Below are positions 45,859-54,948 of a stretch of DNA of 64,000 nucleotides, piece by piece. Source of the DNA: Dehalococcoidia bacterium (GTDB lineage Bacteria; Chloroflexota; Dehalococcoidia; Lucifugimonadales; Australimonadaceae). The notes beneath the pieces were generated by a model, which saw only the letters and a list, made by a program, of their open reading frames with translations, made no database searches and was not told the DNA's origin. A program made the position numbers and the translations under genes. How positions within the stretch are numbered: the stretch's first letter is position 1; each line of letters begins with the position of its first letter. The DNA lies in NCBI GenBank assembly GCA_022449765.1, contig JAKUPZ010000005.1, positions 2,285-66,284 of the forward strand. The letters run 5' to 3'.

Positions 45859-46596
45859 TTAGGCGTTTTTATTCACAAGAAAGCTGTTGAACCATTCAAT
45901 AGCCTTACCCCATGCATGAAGCGCCGCATCTCTTCTATAAGCAGGTCTTTCTTCGCAGTTAAATCCATGGCTGGCTCCCGGGTAAACATGAAATTCAAAT
46001 TTTTTCTGATGCTTGGTTAATTCCATTGCCATTTTATCGACCTCTTCTGTAGTAGGGTTTTGGTCATCCTCCCCAAATAGCCCTAGCAAAGGAGCATTTA
46101 TATAGGCCGTTTGATCAAATGGAGATACCCCATCTCCAAAAGGAACAAAACATCGACCTCCATAAAAATCGACCGCTGCTGCCACGCTATCGAGATTAGC
46201 TGCTGCTAAGTAAGCAATTCTCCCTCCTACACAAAACCCAATTATTCCAACTTTATCGCTGATCACATCATCTTGATTAGCGATAAAGTTTTCGGTATGT
46301 CGCAAATCATTCAATATATTTTCATCATCAAGCCTACCTAATCTTTCCAGCGCAAGATCTGTCTCTTCGAACACCCCAATGGTTCCTAAGCCTTCGCGGT
46401 GAAATAAAGAAGGCGCAATAGCATAGAAACCAGCACTAGCTAATTTATTAGCTATGGATTGTATGTATGCATTAACACCCCAGATTTCCTGCACCACAAT
46501 TACTGGATGATACGGACCACCAGTCGCTGGCTTTGCGATATAAGCCTCCATGGGGCTTTCATTAACCAGTATTTGAGTCCATGAAGCTGGCATCAT
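45859..46596 (-). CDS. Dienelactone hydrolase family protein
   Basis: alpha/beta hydrolase with a DLH-type nucleophile elbow ..IGFCVGGR.. and ..YPGASHGF... Confidence 0.8.
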   Translation of the reverse strand: MMPASWTQILVNESPMEAYIAKPATGGPYHPVIVVQEIWGVNAYIQSIANKLASAGFYAIAPSLFHREGLGTIGVFEETDLALERLGRLDDENILNDLRHTENFIANQDDVISDKVGIIGFCVGGRIAYLAAANLDSVAAAVDFYGGRCFVPFGDGVSPFDQTAYINAPLLGLFGEDDQNPTTEEVDKMAMELTKHQKKFEFHVYPGASHGFNCEERPAYRRDAALHAWGKAIEWFNSFLVNKNA

Positions 46597-46628
46597 ATAC
46601 CTCTACATATTTATGTTTTTTCATAGAA

Positions 46629-46705
46629 TGGTGGGCCGGACAGGACTCGAACCTGTGACCAGGCGATTATGAGTCGCCCGCTCTGACCAACTGAGCTACC
46701 GGCCC
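46629..46705 (-). tRNA. tRNA with CAU anticodon; anticodon arm resembles tRNA-Ile2 (lysidine) rather than elongator Met; not an initiator
   Basis: The reverse complement GGGCCGGTAGCTCAGTTGGTCAGAGCGGGCGACTCATAATCGCCTGGTCACAGGTTCGAGTCCTGTCCGGCCCACCA folds as a cloverleaf. It has a G1-C72 pair, loop CUCAUAA and an encoded CCA. Confidence 0.9.
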
Positions 46706-46740
46706 TTATGAGTAAAGAATATTATAAACCGAAGGAAAGT

Positions 46741-47703
46741 TTAAGATTCTGATGCTGTTTCTGCGGGCATATGACGCAATTCAGCTGAAACTCGATCAGC
46801 CGTAACTCCTGAACTTTCCAGTAGCTGCCCTGCTACGTCTTCTGAGTGCTCAACTAGAGACTGTAATAAATGCCCGGTGCCTACTGCTCGCTGCCCTGAG
46901 CTTCTAGCAACTCTAGCTGCTCTTTCTATAACGCGCTGGCATCGACGAGTCATTCCGGTAGTACCTGTGTAAAGTGATCCTCGACGACCAATTACACTTT
47001 CAATTTCGCGTTTTATCAACGAAGGATCAGCTCCAAGGTCAATTAGAATTACTGAAGACTGAAAACGAGCATCTTTAAGCAAGCCTAATAAAAGATGTTC
47101 CGTACCCATATACGAGTGTTCAAATCTCTGAGCTTCCTCCTGCATATAAGACAAAGCTTTCCAAGCGTTAGGTGTGAAACGTCCTGGCAACCCTCTTACA
47201 GCGGACGAAGGTGTATCTCCACTTTGTACCGCTGCCCTTGTGGGTTGTTCAACTAAGGGTGTCAGGTATCTTCGAAGATCAATACTTCCTAGGAATAATG
47301 CACCTAACGACGTTGCAAGAATCATTCGTGCAGGAACACCCATCAAAAATTCCGGAAAACCCCAAAAAGGCAGAGTTCCAAATCTTTGCATAGGAACTGC
47401 TAAAAGGCACAACATTGGTAATGCAACAATCGCATAAACTAGCCATGCGAATCTGCTGAAGTACCTACTTTGCCTGACACCTACAATCATTACGGCACCC
47501 GACAATATGGCAAATACTGATGTCAGTAGGCTCGCGATGTACGCATTCCTTGGATTAAAAGCACTTGGTAGAGGACCATGACCCAAATAGCCATCTGTCC
47601 TATCGGCAAACCATGTTGCAGCCAAGACTACTACCCAAACTACCACTGAAACTAAAACTGCATATAGTATTTGCCAAGATTGAGTTTTTTCAGGCATAAC
47701 CAA
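46741..47703 (-). CDS. Membrane-anchored protein with C-terminal Clp N-terminal (Clp_N) repeat domain
   Basis: About 4 predicted TM helices in the first ~150 aa. These are followed by ..FTPNAWKALSYMQEEAQRFEHSYMGTEHLLLGLL.. and a second ..GTGHLLQSLV.. repeat, typical of the ClpA/B/C N-domain. Confidence 0.7.
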   Translation of the reverse strand: MVMPEKTQSWQILYAVLVSVVVWVVVLAATWFADRTDGYLGHGPLPSAFNPRNAYIASLLTSVFAILSGAVMIVGVRQSRYFSRFAWLVYAIVALPMLCLLAVPMQRFGTLPFWGFPEFLMGVPARMILATSLGALFLGSIDLRRYLTPLVEQPTRAAVQSGDTPSSAVRGLPGRFTPNAWKALSYMQEEAQRFEHSYMGTEHLLLGLLKDARFQSSVILIDLGADPSLIKREIESVIGRRGSLYTGTTGMTRRCQRVIERAARVARSSGQRAVGTGHLLQSLVEHSEDVAGQLLESSGVTADRVSAELRHMPAETASES

Positions 47704-47860
47704 TCCCCACGATTATTCGCTGATTTCCATCACTCTACTATCGATTTTGATATGGCGGAATGTGTTTAAACAACGTGTTAGCACAACTTGATGTATATAA
47801 TCATGCTTATAAAAGCTACTTCTCTAGCTCAATAGGCATCTAAATTAGGAGTATTGACCA

Positions 47861-49273
47861 ATGACCGGTACCAAGAACACTAGAATCGAAAAGGATACTA
47901 TGGGTGAAATGGAGGTTCCCGCCGAAGCATACTGGGGAGCTTCAACTCAACGAGCTGTCCTCAATTTTCCGATTAGTAACATCCGCTATCCTTCCGATTT
48001 CATCAAAATGCTGGGTAGAATAAAAAGGGCAGCAGCCAATGCAAATAAGGATTTAGGTCTACTCGACCCCGAAATTGCTGAAGCAATTAACGCCGCCTCA
48101 ACTGAAGTCGTCGAAGGTAAATGGGACGCGCATTTTGTTGTAGATTTATTTCAAACAGGATCTGGAACCTCTACAAACACCAATGCAAATGAAGTGATTG
48201 CCAGGCGAGCACGTGAGTTATCCGGCGCATTAAATGTCCATCCCAATGATCATGTCAACATGGCCCAATCCTCCAATGATGTGATACCTAGTGCAACCCA
48301 TTTAACAGCAGCAAAAGCCATAAAAGATGACTTAATTCCTGCACTTCAAAGTGCAGGCAAAACTCTTGAAGCAAAATCCGTAGAATTCTGGGATATCATT
48401 AAAACTGGCCGCACTCATTTACAAGATGCAACGCCAATTCGCCTAGGTCAAGAATTCGAAGGGTACGCGAGCCAATTGGCATTGAGTATCGAGCGCTTAA
48501 ATCCTCACCTAGAAGCATTAAGTGATATTGCCTTGGGTGGTACTGCTGTAGGTACGGGTATAAATGCTCATGAAAATTTTGCTAAAATTGCCTGCGAAAA
48601 ACTTGCAGGTGAGCTCGGGCTACCTGTAAAAGAAACTGCTCATCATTTTCAAGCACAAGGTACGCAAGATGCATTGGTAGCAGCTAGTGGAGCTATCAGG
48701 TCTGTTGCAATTTCATTGCAAAAGATTGCAAATGATCTACGCTGGTTATCATCAGGGCCACGTGCGGGAATTGCGGAAATAGAATTACCTACAGTCCAGC
48801 CTGGTTCGTCCATAATGCCAGGAAAAGTCAATCCTGTAATACCCGAATCTGTAGTGCAAGTAGTATGCCAAGTACTTGGTAATGATGCAGCCATATCAGC
48901 TGCTTCTCAAGGTGGCTACCTTGAGCTAAACACCTATTGGCCAGTAGCTGCCTATAATCTGCACCAGTCAATTACCTTACTTGGTTCCGCTACCAGCAAT
49001 TTTGACATTCAATGCCTTCAAGGCATAAAAGCCACGGAAAAAGGCCCTAGCATGGTTGAACAAGGTCTTATGATGGCCACTGGGTTAACTCCAGCAATTG
49101 GCTACGATAAAGCAACCGCTATTGCTAAAATCGCTGCCTCTGAAGGACTAACTATTCGCGAGGTTGCAAAAAGAGAAACAGATTTGAACGACGAGCAGTT
49201 AGCAGATTTATTGAATCCTTCAAGAATGACCGCTCCTGGAATCGTTGAAGGGGCATCAGGCGGTGGTGGATAA
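47861..49273 (+). CDS. Class II fumarate hydratase / aspartate ammonia-lyase family enzyme (more FumC-like at the N-terminus)
   Basis: Signature GSSIMPGKVNP. ..YWGASTQRA.., ..QTGSGTSTNTNANEV.. and ..AQSSNDVIPSA.. resemble FumC, whereas ..KVNPVIPE.. resembles AspA. Confidence 0.85.
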   Translation: MTGTKNTRIEKDTMGEMEVPAEAYWGASTQRAVLNFPISNIRYPSDFIKMLGRIKRAAANANKDLGLLDPEIAEAINAASTEVVEGKWDAHFVVDLFQTGSGTSTNTNANEVIARRARELSGALNVHPNDHVNMAQSSNDVIPSATHLTAAKAIKDDLIPALQSAGKTLEAKSVEFWDIIKTGRTHLQDATPIRLGQEFEGYASQLALSIERLNPHLEALSDIALGGTAVGTGINAHENFAKIACEKLAGELGLPVKETAHHFQAQGTQDALVAASGAIRSVAISLQKIANDLRWLSSGPRAGIAEIELPTVQPGSSIMPGKVNPVIPESVVQVVCQVLGNDAAISAASQGGYLELNTYWPVAAYNLHQSITLLGSATSNFDIQCLQGIKATEKGPSMVEQGLMMATGLTPAIGYDKATAIAKIAASEGLTIREVAKRETDLNDEQLADLLNPSRMTAPGIVEGASGGGG

Positions 49274-49805
49274 AAGAATTTTTAGGAGGCCTAGTATTAA
49301 TTTCGAAATTAAAATAAAAGATTACGAGCCGCAAAAAATCGCTAGCATACGTGCTAAAACGACATTAGATAAGGTACCGTCAAAAGTTGTGCAATTGTTA
49401 GATGAAACCTCTGACTATCTAGATTCAATTGATGTAAGCAAAACGGGTTCTCCTTTTAGCATTTACTATGAAGTTGGGAGCTTTTTAGTAGATTTAGAAG
49501 TAGGCTACCCTGTCAGTGAAGATATCGAGGGGAATGAAAGGGTAAAGCAAAATTTGATTCCTGGTGGCAAATGTGCGGTAGCAGAATTCATAGGGCCGCA
49601 TCAAGACATAGTAAATGCGCATCGTGCAGTACATGCATGGATGCATGAGAATGAAATCAAAGCTTCCGGCGAACCAGCTCGAGAAGTTTTCTTAACTGAT
49701 TTAAGAGAAATAGAAATTAATGGTGAATGCGTTGCTCAATCAGTTTGGCCTGTGATTCATGAATCGCGCGCAGAAAAACGCCGCCAGAAAAGAACTACTC
49801 AATAA
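49245..49805 (+). CDS. GyrI-like small-molecule-binding domain protein (start uncertain)
   Basis: ..FEIKIKDYEPQKIASIRAKTT.., ..GGKCAVAEFIGPH.. and ..REVFLTD.. are typical of the GyrI-like/effector-binding fold. ATG 49245 lies inside the preceding gene. A perfect AGGAGG (49284-49289) precedes an in-frame ATT at 49296. Confidence 0.6.
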   Translation: MKGHQAVVDKRIFRRPSINFEIKIKDYEPQKIASIRAKTTLDKVPSKVVQLLDETSDYLDSIDVSKTGSPFSIYYEVGSFLVDLEVGYPVSEDIEGNERVKQNLIPGGKCAVAEFIGPHQDIVNAHRAVHAWMHENEIKASGEPAREVFLTDLREIEINGECVAQSVWPVIHESRAEKRRQKRTTQ

Positions 49806-49809
49806 AATT

Positions 49810-50850
49810 ATGTCTGCGGCTTCTGACAAATATCTTTCTGAACTTGAATCTCGCTACCTCCCAAGGGTCCAAGCTTACTTAAGCGATGCTGTAGGCACGC
49901 AAACAGAAATAAGCCCATTGCTGCGTTATCACATGGGATGGACTAATTTGAAAGGAGTGGCCGAGGCAGGTCCTGCAGGTAAATCACTTAGGCCCATTCT
50001 GTGCCTAGTAGCTTGCGAAATGGCAGGTGGCGAATGGAGCACAGCCATCCCTGCTGCAGCTGCATTGGAACTTATTCACAATTTTTCACTCATACATGAC
50101 GACATCCAGGATGGTGATTTTACACGCAGATCAAGACCAACTCTTTGGTCAGAATGGGGCGTAGCTAAAGCCGTCAATGCCGGAAATACAATGAGAGTGA
50201 TTGCTGATAAAGCAATGCTTGAACTTAAACAAGGCGAAGGAGATAGTGGTACTGCTATTAAGGCAGCTCTTGAAGGTACTTTAAGATGCCTCGACATGAT
50301 CGAAGGGCAGTATATGGATATGTCATTCGAGGGTTCTACCCGAGTTAGCGTTGCAAACTATTTGGATATGGTTGGTAGAAAAACCGGCGCGCTGATCGAG
50401 AGCGCTATGTACATTGGGGCCTTAATTGCAACAGGCAACAAACAAACTGCATCTGAATTTGGAAAATGTGGCCGGAACCTCGGCGTAGCCTTCCAAATTC
50501 GTGATGATTATTTAGGTGTGTGGGGCAATCCTCAAAATACTGGTAAGCCTGTAGGTTCAGATATAAAAAGAAAGAAAAAATCTCTGCCTACTGTATATAT
50601 GTTCAATCAGGCCTCCAAAAATGATCTTAAATGGTTAGAAACTGCCTACTCTCAAAAAGACTTAAATGAAAGCCAGGTTCGCAAAGTTTTAGAGATTATG
50701 AACAGCTTGGATGGAGCAGAGTACGTCCAATACCAAGCTAACATTCAAGCGGAAAAAACAAAATTAAGAATCGACAAACTTAATGTCTCTAAAGAATCCA
50801 AGTCGCAATTATCCGAAATTAATGAATATTTTGTGAATAGGAAAAAATAA
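49810..50850 (+). CDS. Polyprenyl diphosphate synthase family protein
   Basis: First Asp-rich motif LIHDDIQDGD and second motif QIRDDYLG. Start moved to ATG 49810 (MSAASDKYL..). Confidence 0.85.
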   Translation: MSAASDKYLSELESRYLPRVQAYLSDAVGTQTEISPLLRYHMGWTNLKGVAEAGPAGKSLRPILCLVACEMAGGEWSTAIPAAAALELIHNFSLIHDDIQDGDFTRRSRPTLWSEWGVAKAVNAGNTMRVIADKAMLELKQGEGDSGTAIKAALEGTLRCLDMIEGQYMDMSFEGSTRVSVANYLDMVGRKTGALIESAMYIGALIATGNKQTASEFGKCGRNLGVAFQIRDDYLGVWGNPQNTGKPVGSDIKRKKKSLPTVYMFNQASKNDLKWLETAYSQKDLNESQVRKVLEIMNSLDGAEYVQYQANIQAEKTKLRIDKLNVSKESKSQLSEINEYFVNRKK

Positions 50851-50962
50851 ACACCCATATAAAAATTCCAGATAGTGTGTGAAATTACTCACTTTATCGT
50901 AGACTTAATAAGCAGAAGGCAGAAATAACTGCCAATGATATTCAGAGGAGAATTTACGGCGA

Positions 50963-51409
50963 ATGAACGCCACAGTTACAAAAGTCAGCATCACCACTAC
51001 CAAGGCTCCTGAATTTATTGATATCACAGAACATGTAATTGCTCATGTGGAAAACTCTGGGGTACGAGATGGCTTGGTAAGCATATATTCCATTCATACT
51101 ACATGTGCAATAAAAATCAATGAAAACGAACCTCTTCTGATTAATGACATGGAAAGTTTCTTAAAACGAATTGCGCCAGATGATATTTACTACGCCCATA
51201 ATGACTTCAGTATTAGAACTGTTCATATGACCGAAGATGAAGAGCCTAATGGTCATTCACATTGTGCTCATTTGCTCTTGTCCACAAGCGAAACTATTCC
51301 CGTTGTGAACGGAGATCTCATACTGGGTACGTACCAAAGTGTATTTCTCGTTGAGCTTGATCCCAGATCAAGGAACCGCGAAGTTATTATCAGTTCTGTA
51401 GGCTCATAA
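50963..51409 (+). CDS. yjbQ: YjbQ/UPF0047 family protein (secondary thiamine-phosphate synthase-like)
   Basis: 148 aa. ..FIDITEHV.., ..HTTCAI.INENE.. and ..HSHCAHLLL.. match YjbQ family motifs. Confidence 0.8.
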   Translation: MNATVTKVSITTTKAPEFIDITEHVIAHVENSGVRDGLVSIYSIHTTCAIKINENEPLLINDMESFLKRIAPDDIYYAHNDFSIRTVHMTEDEEPNGHSHCAHLLLSTSETIPVVNGDLILGTYQSVFLVELDPRSRNREVIISSVGS

Positions 51410-51431
51410 ATAGATAAAGTGCACTCTGCCC

Positions 51432-52568
51432 TTAGTCTTTTATCCCGTACAAACGAATGCAATTGTCCCATAGAATTTTTCGTCTAACGTCTGCTTTAAT
51501 GTCAAGATCAAAAAACTCGTTCATTGAATCTGGAAATGCACTATCAGGGTGCGGATAGTCGGTAGATATAACAGTGAATTTCCCATTAGTTGCATTAACC
51601 CAGGGCAGTGCTAAGTGCTCATCAGCCTCCATAGAAATCATACATTGTCTGTAGAAATACTCGCTAGGCTTTAGAATCAACGGACTATCAGTATATTTTT
51701 GCTGCTGGTCATCAATTCTATAAAGAAACCAGCTCAACCAAGAACAATTAGCTTCGAGAAAGGCGAACCTCAGTTGAGGGTGCCTTTCCATAACTCCGCT
51801 AAGGATAAGTCCTCCCATAGCTCCCATTATCTGAGATGGAAAACTAATTGCATGTGTGAGCGTCCGGCCTGCAGGATGACGAAGATATTTCCTGCTAATG
51901 TCCTCACGACCCGGAGCTGTGGAAGTGCCATGCAAGCACACTGCAACATTCAATTTTTCTAGTGCATCCCAAAGAGGTTCCAGTTCGGAATCGTAAAGTA
52001 AGCGGCCGTTGACTGGTTCAGGGTGTAATGTTACCCCTACAAATCCTAGCTCTAGAACTGCTCTTCTGGCTTCTTCAATTGCCATATCCACGGCCTGTAA
52101 AGGGAGAAGAGCAATTCCTTTCAGCCGGGATGGAGAAACTTGACAATAATCGTACATCCAATTGTTATAAGCTCGGCATAAAGCAGTTGCATATTCAGGT
52201 TCTAAGTCGTCCAAACCCAGAATCCAAGTTCCCCCGTTGGTGCGGAATAAAGCTGCTATATCTACACCTTCCAAGTCCATCGCAGCCAATGTTGTAATAG
52301 GATCAAATTTGTTATCAAAAGCATGGACGTGAAACTCGGTACTTTGCTTTTTTTGCTTCAATCCTTTATTGGCTTCGAGGAACTCCGGCCATTCGTTCCA
52401 TATAGGGAATTGAACTCCATCAATTACCCAAGTATCTACACCCGTTAGGTCACTTCGTTGCATAACAGGCATTCGTGAGCGGTATTCTCCTTCCAAATAA
52501 TCCTGAAAAAGATTAGCTGGTTCTACGACATGTATATCACTGTCAAAAATTTTAAATCCGTTTTTCAT
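51432..52568 (-). CDS. Amidohydrolase-2 family protein (ACMSD-like decarboxylase/hydrolase)
   Basis: N-terminal ..IFDSDIHVVEP.. metal-binding motif, ..VTLHP.., ..VCLHG.. and ..STDYPHPD... 378 aa. Confidence 0.8.
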   Translation of the reverse strand: MKNGFKIFDSDIHVVEPANLFQDYLEGEYRSRMPVMQRSDLTGVDTWVIDGVQFPIWNEWPEFLEANKGLKQKKQSTEFHVHAFDNKFDPITTLAAMDLEGVDIAALFRTNGGTWILGLDDLEPEYATALCRAYNNWMYDYCQVSPSRLKGIALLPLQAVDMAIEEARRAVLELGFVGVTLHPEPVNGRLLYDSELEPLWDALEKLNVAVCLHGTSTAPGREDISRKYLRHPAGRTLTHAISFPSQIMGAMGGLILSGVMERHPQLRFAFLEANCSWLSWFLYRIDDQQQKYTDSPLILKPSEYFYRQCMISMEADEHLALPWVNATNGKFTVISTDYPHPDSAFPDSMNEFFDLDIKADVRRKILWDNCIRLYGIKD

Positions 52569-52639
52569 ATATTTATTTTTAGAACATATAAAAATTTAGT
52601 CAATAGAATGAGCGTTTTTTACCTGAATATCCTTGACAC

Positions 52640-52654
52640 AGCTACGTAGTAGCT
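52640..52654. promoter_or_regulatory. Inverted repeat AGCTAC-GTA-GTAGCT next to a TTGACA box upstream of sufB (candidate operator)
   Basis: TTGACA lies at 52633-52638, immediately followed by the AGCTACGTAGTAGCT palindrome, which contains the perfect 8-mer CTACGTAG. A second TTGACC sits at 52665-52670. Confidence 0.3.
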
Positions 52655-52735
52655 CTAGCCTATTGTTGACCAATCCTATCGACAATTAAACAATACTACT
52701 CTTCGTAGTCATCTTGCATGGTGCAATGGGAGAAT

Positions 52736-54187
52736 ATGGCTAATCGCTCAGTAAATGAAATAGCTGAACAATCTTACAATTACGGCTGGTCTACAGAAAT
52801 TGAAGAAGAGTCCGCTCCCTTCGGACTCAATGAAGATATCGTAAAGTGGATATCCCACAAGAAAAAAGAGCCTGAATGGCTTCTTGAATGGCGATTAAAA
52901 GCATTTAAGCATTTCGAGAAACTCCTCAAAAATGAACAATTGCCCAAATGGGCGAACATTAGCCATCCGCCTATCGACTTCCAAGCATATAGGTACTACG
53001 TAGCACCTAAGCCAAAATTAGAACTAGGCAGCCTCGATGAAGTAGACGCTGAAATCTTGCGTACGTACGAAAAGTTAGGAATTCCTCTAGAAGAGCAAAA
53101 AAGGCTTTCAGGAGTCGCGGTAGATGCCATTTTTGACAGTGTTAGTGTTGCTACAACGGCTAAAGATACACTGGCCAAATATGGCGTAATTTTTTCATCT
53201 GTTTCAGAAGCAGTCAAAGAGTACCCAGAATTAATAAAGAAATATCTTGGGTCAGTAGTGCCTTATTCAGACAATTTTTACACCGCCCTTAACTCAGCAG
53301 TGTTTTCCGATGGGTCTTTCGTTTATATACCAAAAGGAGTGAGGTGTCCTTTAGAGTTATCCACCTATTTCCGAATCAATGCTGAAGGATCTGGTCAATT
53401 TGAGCGTACATTAATTATTGCAGATGATTCTTCTTACGTAAGTTATTTGGAAGGATGCTCCGCTCCAATGCGCGATGAAAATCAATTGCATGCTGCAGTC
53501 GTAGAACTAGTTGCTCTAGACAATGCTGAGATAAAGTACTCCACTATCCAGAATTGGTACCCCGGAGACGAGAATGGAAAAGGTGGTATATACAACTTCG
53601 TAACAAAACGAGGAAAGTGTGCGGGCGCATTTTCTAAAATTTCGTGGACCCAAGTAGAAACCGGTTCTTCCATCACATGGAAGTACCCTAGTGTCATTCT
53701 CCAAGGAGACAATTCAGTAGGGGAGTTTTATTCAGTTGCGCTCACAAAAGGACGCCAGCAAGCAGACACAGGTACAAAAATGACTCATATCGGTAAAAAT
53801 ACCTCTAGTCGAATTATTTCAAAAGGCATCTCTGCAGGCAACGGGAATAATACTTACCGAGGTTTAGTTAAGGTCCTTCCCAATGCAATTAATTCCACTA
53901 ATTTTACGCAATGTGACTCATTACTCATTGGCGATCAATGTGGAGCTCACACTATTCCATACCTAGAAATCGAGAATCCTGCTTCAAGTGTTCAACATGA
54001 AGCATCTACGACAAAAGTCAGCGAAGAGCAAATATTTTACTGTCAACAAAGAGGCCTTCGCCCCGAAGATGCACAATCTGTAATCGTGAATGGCTTTGTG
54101 AGAGATGTAGTACGTAGATTACCTTTAGAATTTGCAGTAGAAGCAAATAGGCTTTTAGAAATAAATTTGGAAGGCACAGTAGGTTAA
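52736..54187 (+). CDS. sufB: Fe-S cluster assembly protein SufB
   Basis: ..[13 protein letters not shown].., ..[17 protein letters not shown].. and C-terminal ..[13 protein letters not shown] 52736 follows GGGAG; the alternative start is 52718. Confidence 0.9.
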   Translation: MANRSVNEIAEQSYNYGWSTEIEEESAPFGLNEDIVKWISHKKKEPEWLLEWRLKAFKHFEKLLKNEQLPKWANISHPPIDFQAYRYYVAPKPKLELGSLDEVDAEILRTYEKLGIPLEEQKRLSGVAVDAIFDSVSVATTAKDTLAKYGVIFSSVSEAVKEYPELIKKYLGSVVPYSDNFYTALNSAVFSDGSFVYIPKGVRCPLELSTYFRINAEGSGQFERTLIIADDSSYVSYLEGCSAPMRDENQLHAAVVELVALDNAEIKYSTIQNWYPGDENGKGGIYNFVTKRGKCAGAFSKISWTQVETGSSITWKYPSVILQGDNSVGEFYSVALTKGRQQADTGTKMTHIGKNTSSRIISKGISAGNGNNTYRGLVKVLPNAINSTNFTQCDSLLIGDQCGAHTIPYLEIENPASSVQHEASTTKVSEEQIFYCQQRGLRPEDAQSVIVNGFVRDVVRRLPLEFAVEANRLLEINLEGTVG

Positions 54188-54939
54188 TGCTAGAAATTAA
54201 TAACTTGCATGCACAAGTCGGGGGAACCCCGATTCTACAGGGTGTTACTCTGAGTATCAAAGAAGGCGAAACTCACGCTCTGATGGGCCCCAACGGTTCA
54301 GGGAAAAGTACGCTGGCATACATTCTCGCAGGGAAACCAGGCTATGAAGTAACCCAGGGTACGATTTCATTTGATGGCGACGACTTGGTCAAATTAGCTC
54401 CTGAGGAACGAGCACGCAAGGGTTTATTTTTGTCTTTCCAACATCCTATCGAGATACCAGGGGTTCGACTGGACCATTTTTTACGAGCTGGCTACAACGA
54501 GCTGATGAAAAGTAAAGAAGCCGAAGAATTAGACCCGCTCCAGTTTGATCGCCTAATCCGCACTAGAGCAAAATCAATTGATATGGATACTAATTTAATT
54601 AAACGCTCGGTGAATGAAGGTTTTTCTGGTGGTGAAAGAAAGCGGAATGAAGTTCTACAAATGGCGGTGCTAGAACCCAGGCTTCGGATTTTGGACGAAA
54701 TCGATTCCGGGCTAGATGTAGATGCGTTAAGAGAAGTATCAGAAGGTATTAATCAATTAGGCACATCCCATTCATCAACATTAGTAGTAACGCATTACGA
54801 GCGAATATTAACTTATCTAAATCCTGATTTTGTGCATATCCTAATCAACGGGAAAATAGTTCACTCAGGAGATAAGACACTTGCGAAAGAAATTGAAGCT
54901 CATGGCTATGACTGGCTAAACCCTGAACAGGATTCATAA
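54187..54939 (+). CDS. sufC: Fe-S cluster assembly ATPase SufC
   Basis: Walker A GPNGSGKST, ..FSGGERKRNE.., ..ILDEIDSGLD... The start overlaps the sufB stop. Confidence 0.95.
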   Translation: MLEINNLHAQVGGTPILQGVTLSIKEGETHALMGPNGSGKSTLAYILAGKPGYEVTQGTISFDGDDLVKLAPEERARKGLFLSFQHPIEIPGVRLDHFLRAGYNELMKSKEAEELDPLQFDRLIRTRAKSIDMDTNLIKRSVNEGFSGGERKRNEVLQMAVLEPRLRILDEIDSGLDVDALREVSEGINQLGTSHSSTLVVTHYERILTYLNPDFVHILINGKIVHSGDKTLAKEIEAHGYDWLNPEQDS

Positions 54940-54948
54940 TCTCCAGCA

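Noticed and set aside
46596-46741. tRNA(CAU) as an integration site for a genomic islet carrying the DLH/OCD/LigB genes
   Set aside because: There is no integrase nearby, and I did not spot a repeat of the tRNA 3' end downstream. The downstream block runs straight into typA.
47704-47860. Sigma70 promoter upstream of the fumarase-family gene (TTAGCA .. TATAAT)
   Set aside because: The spacer between the candidate -35 and the TATAAT is only about 12 nt, and no alternative -35 lies at a proper distance. It is too weak to annotate.
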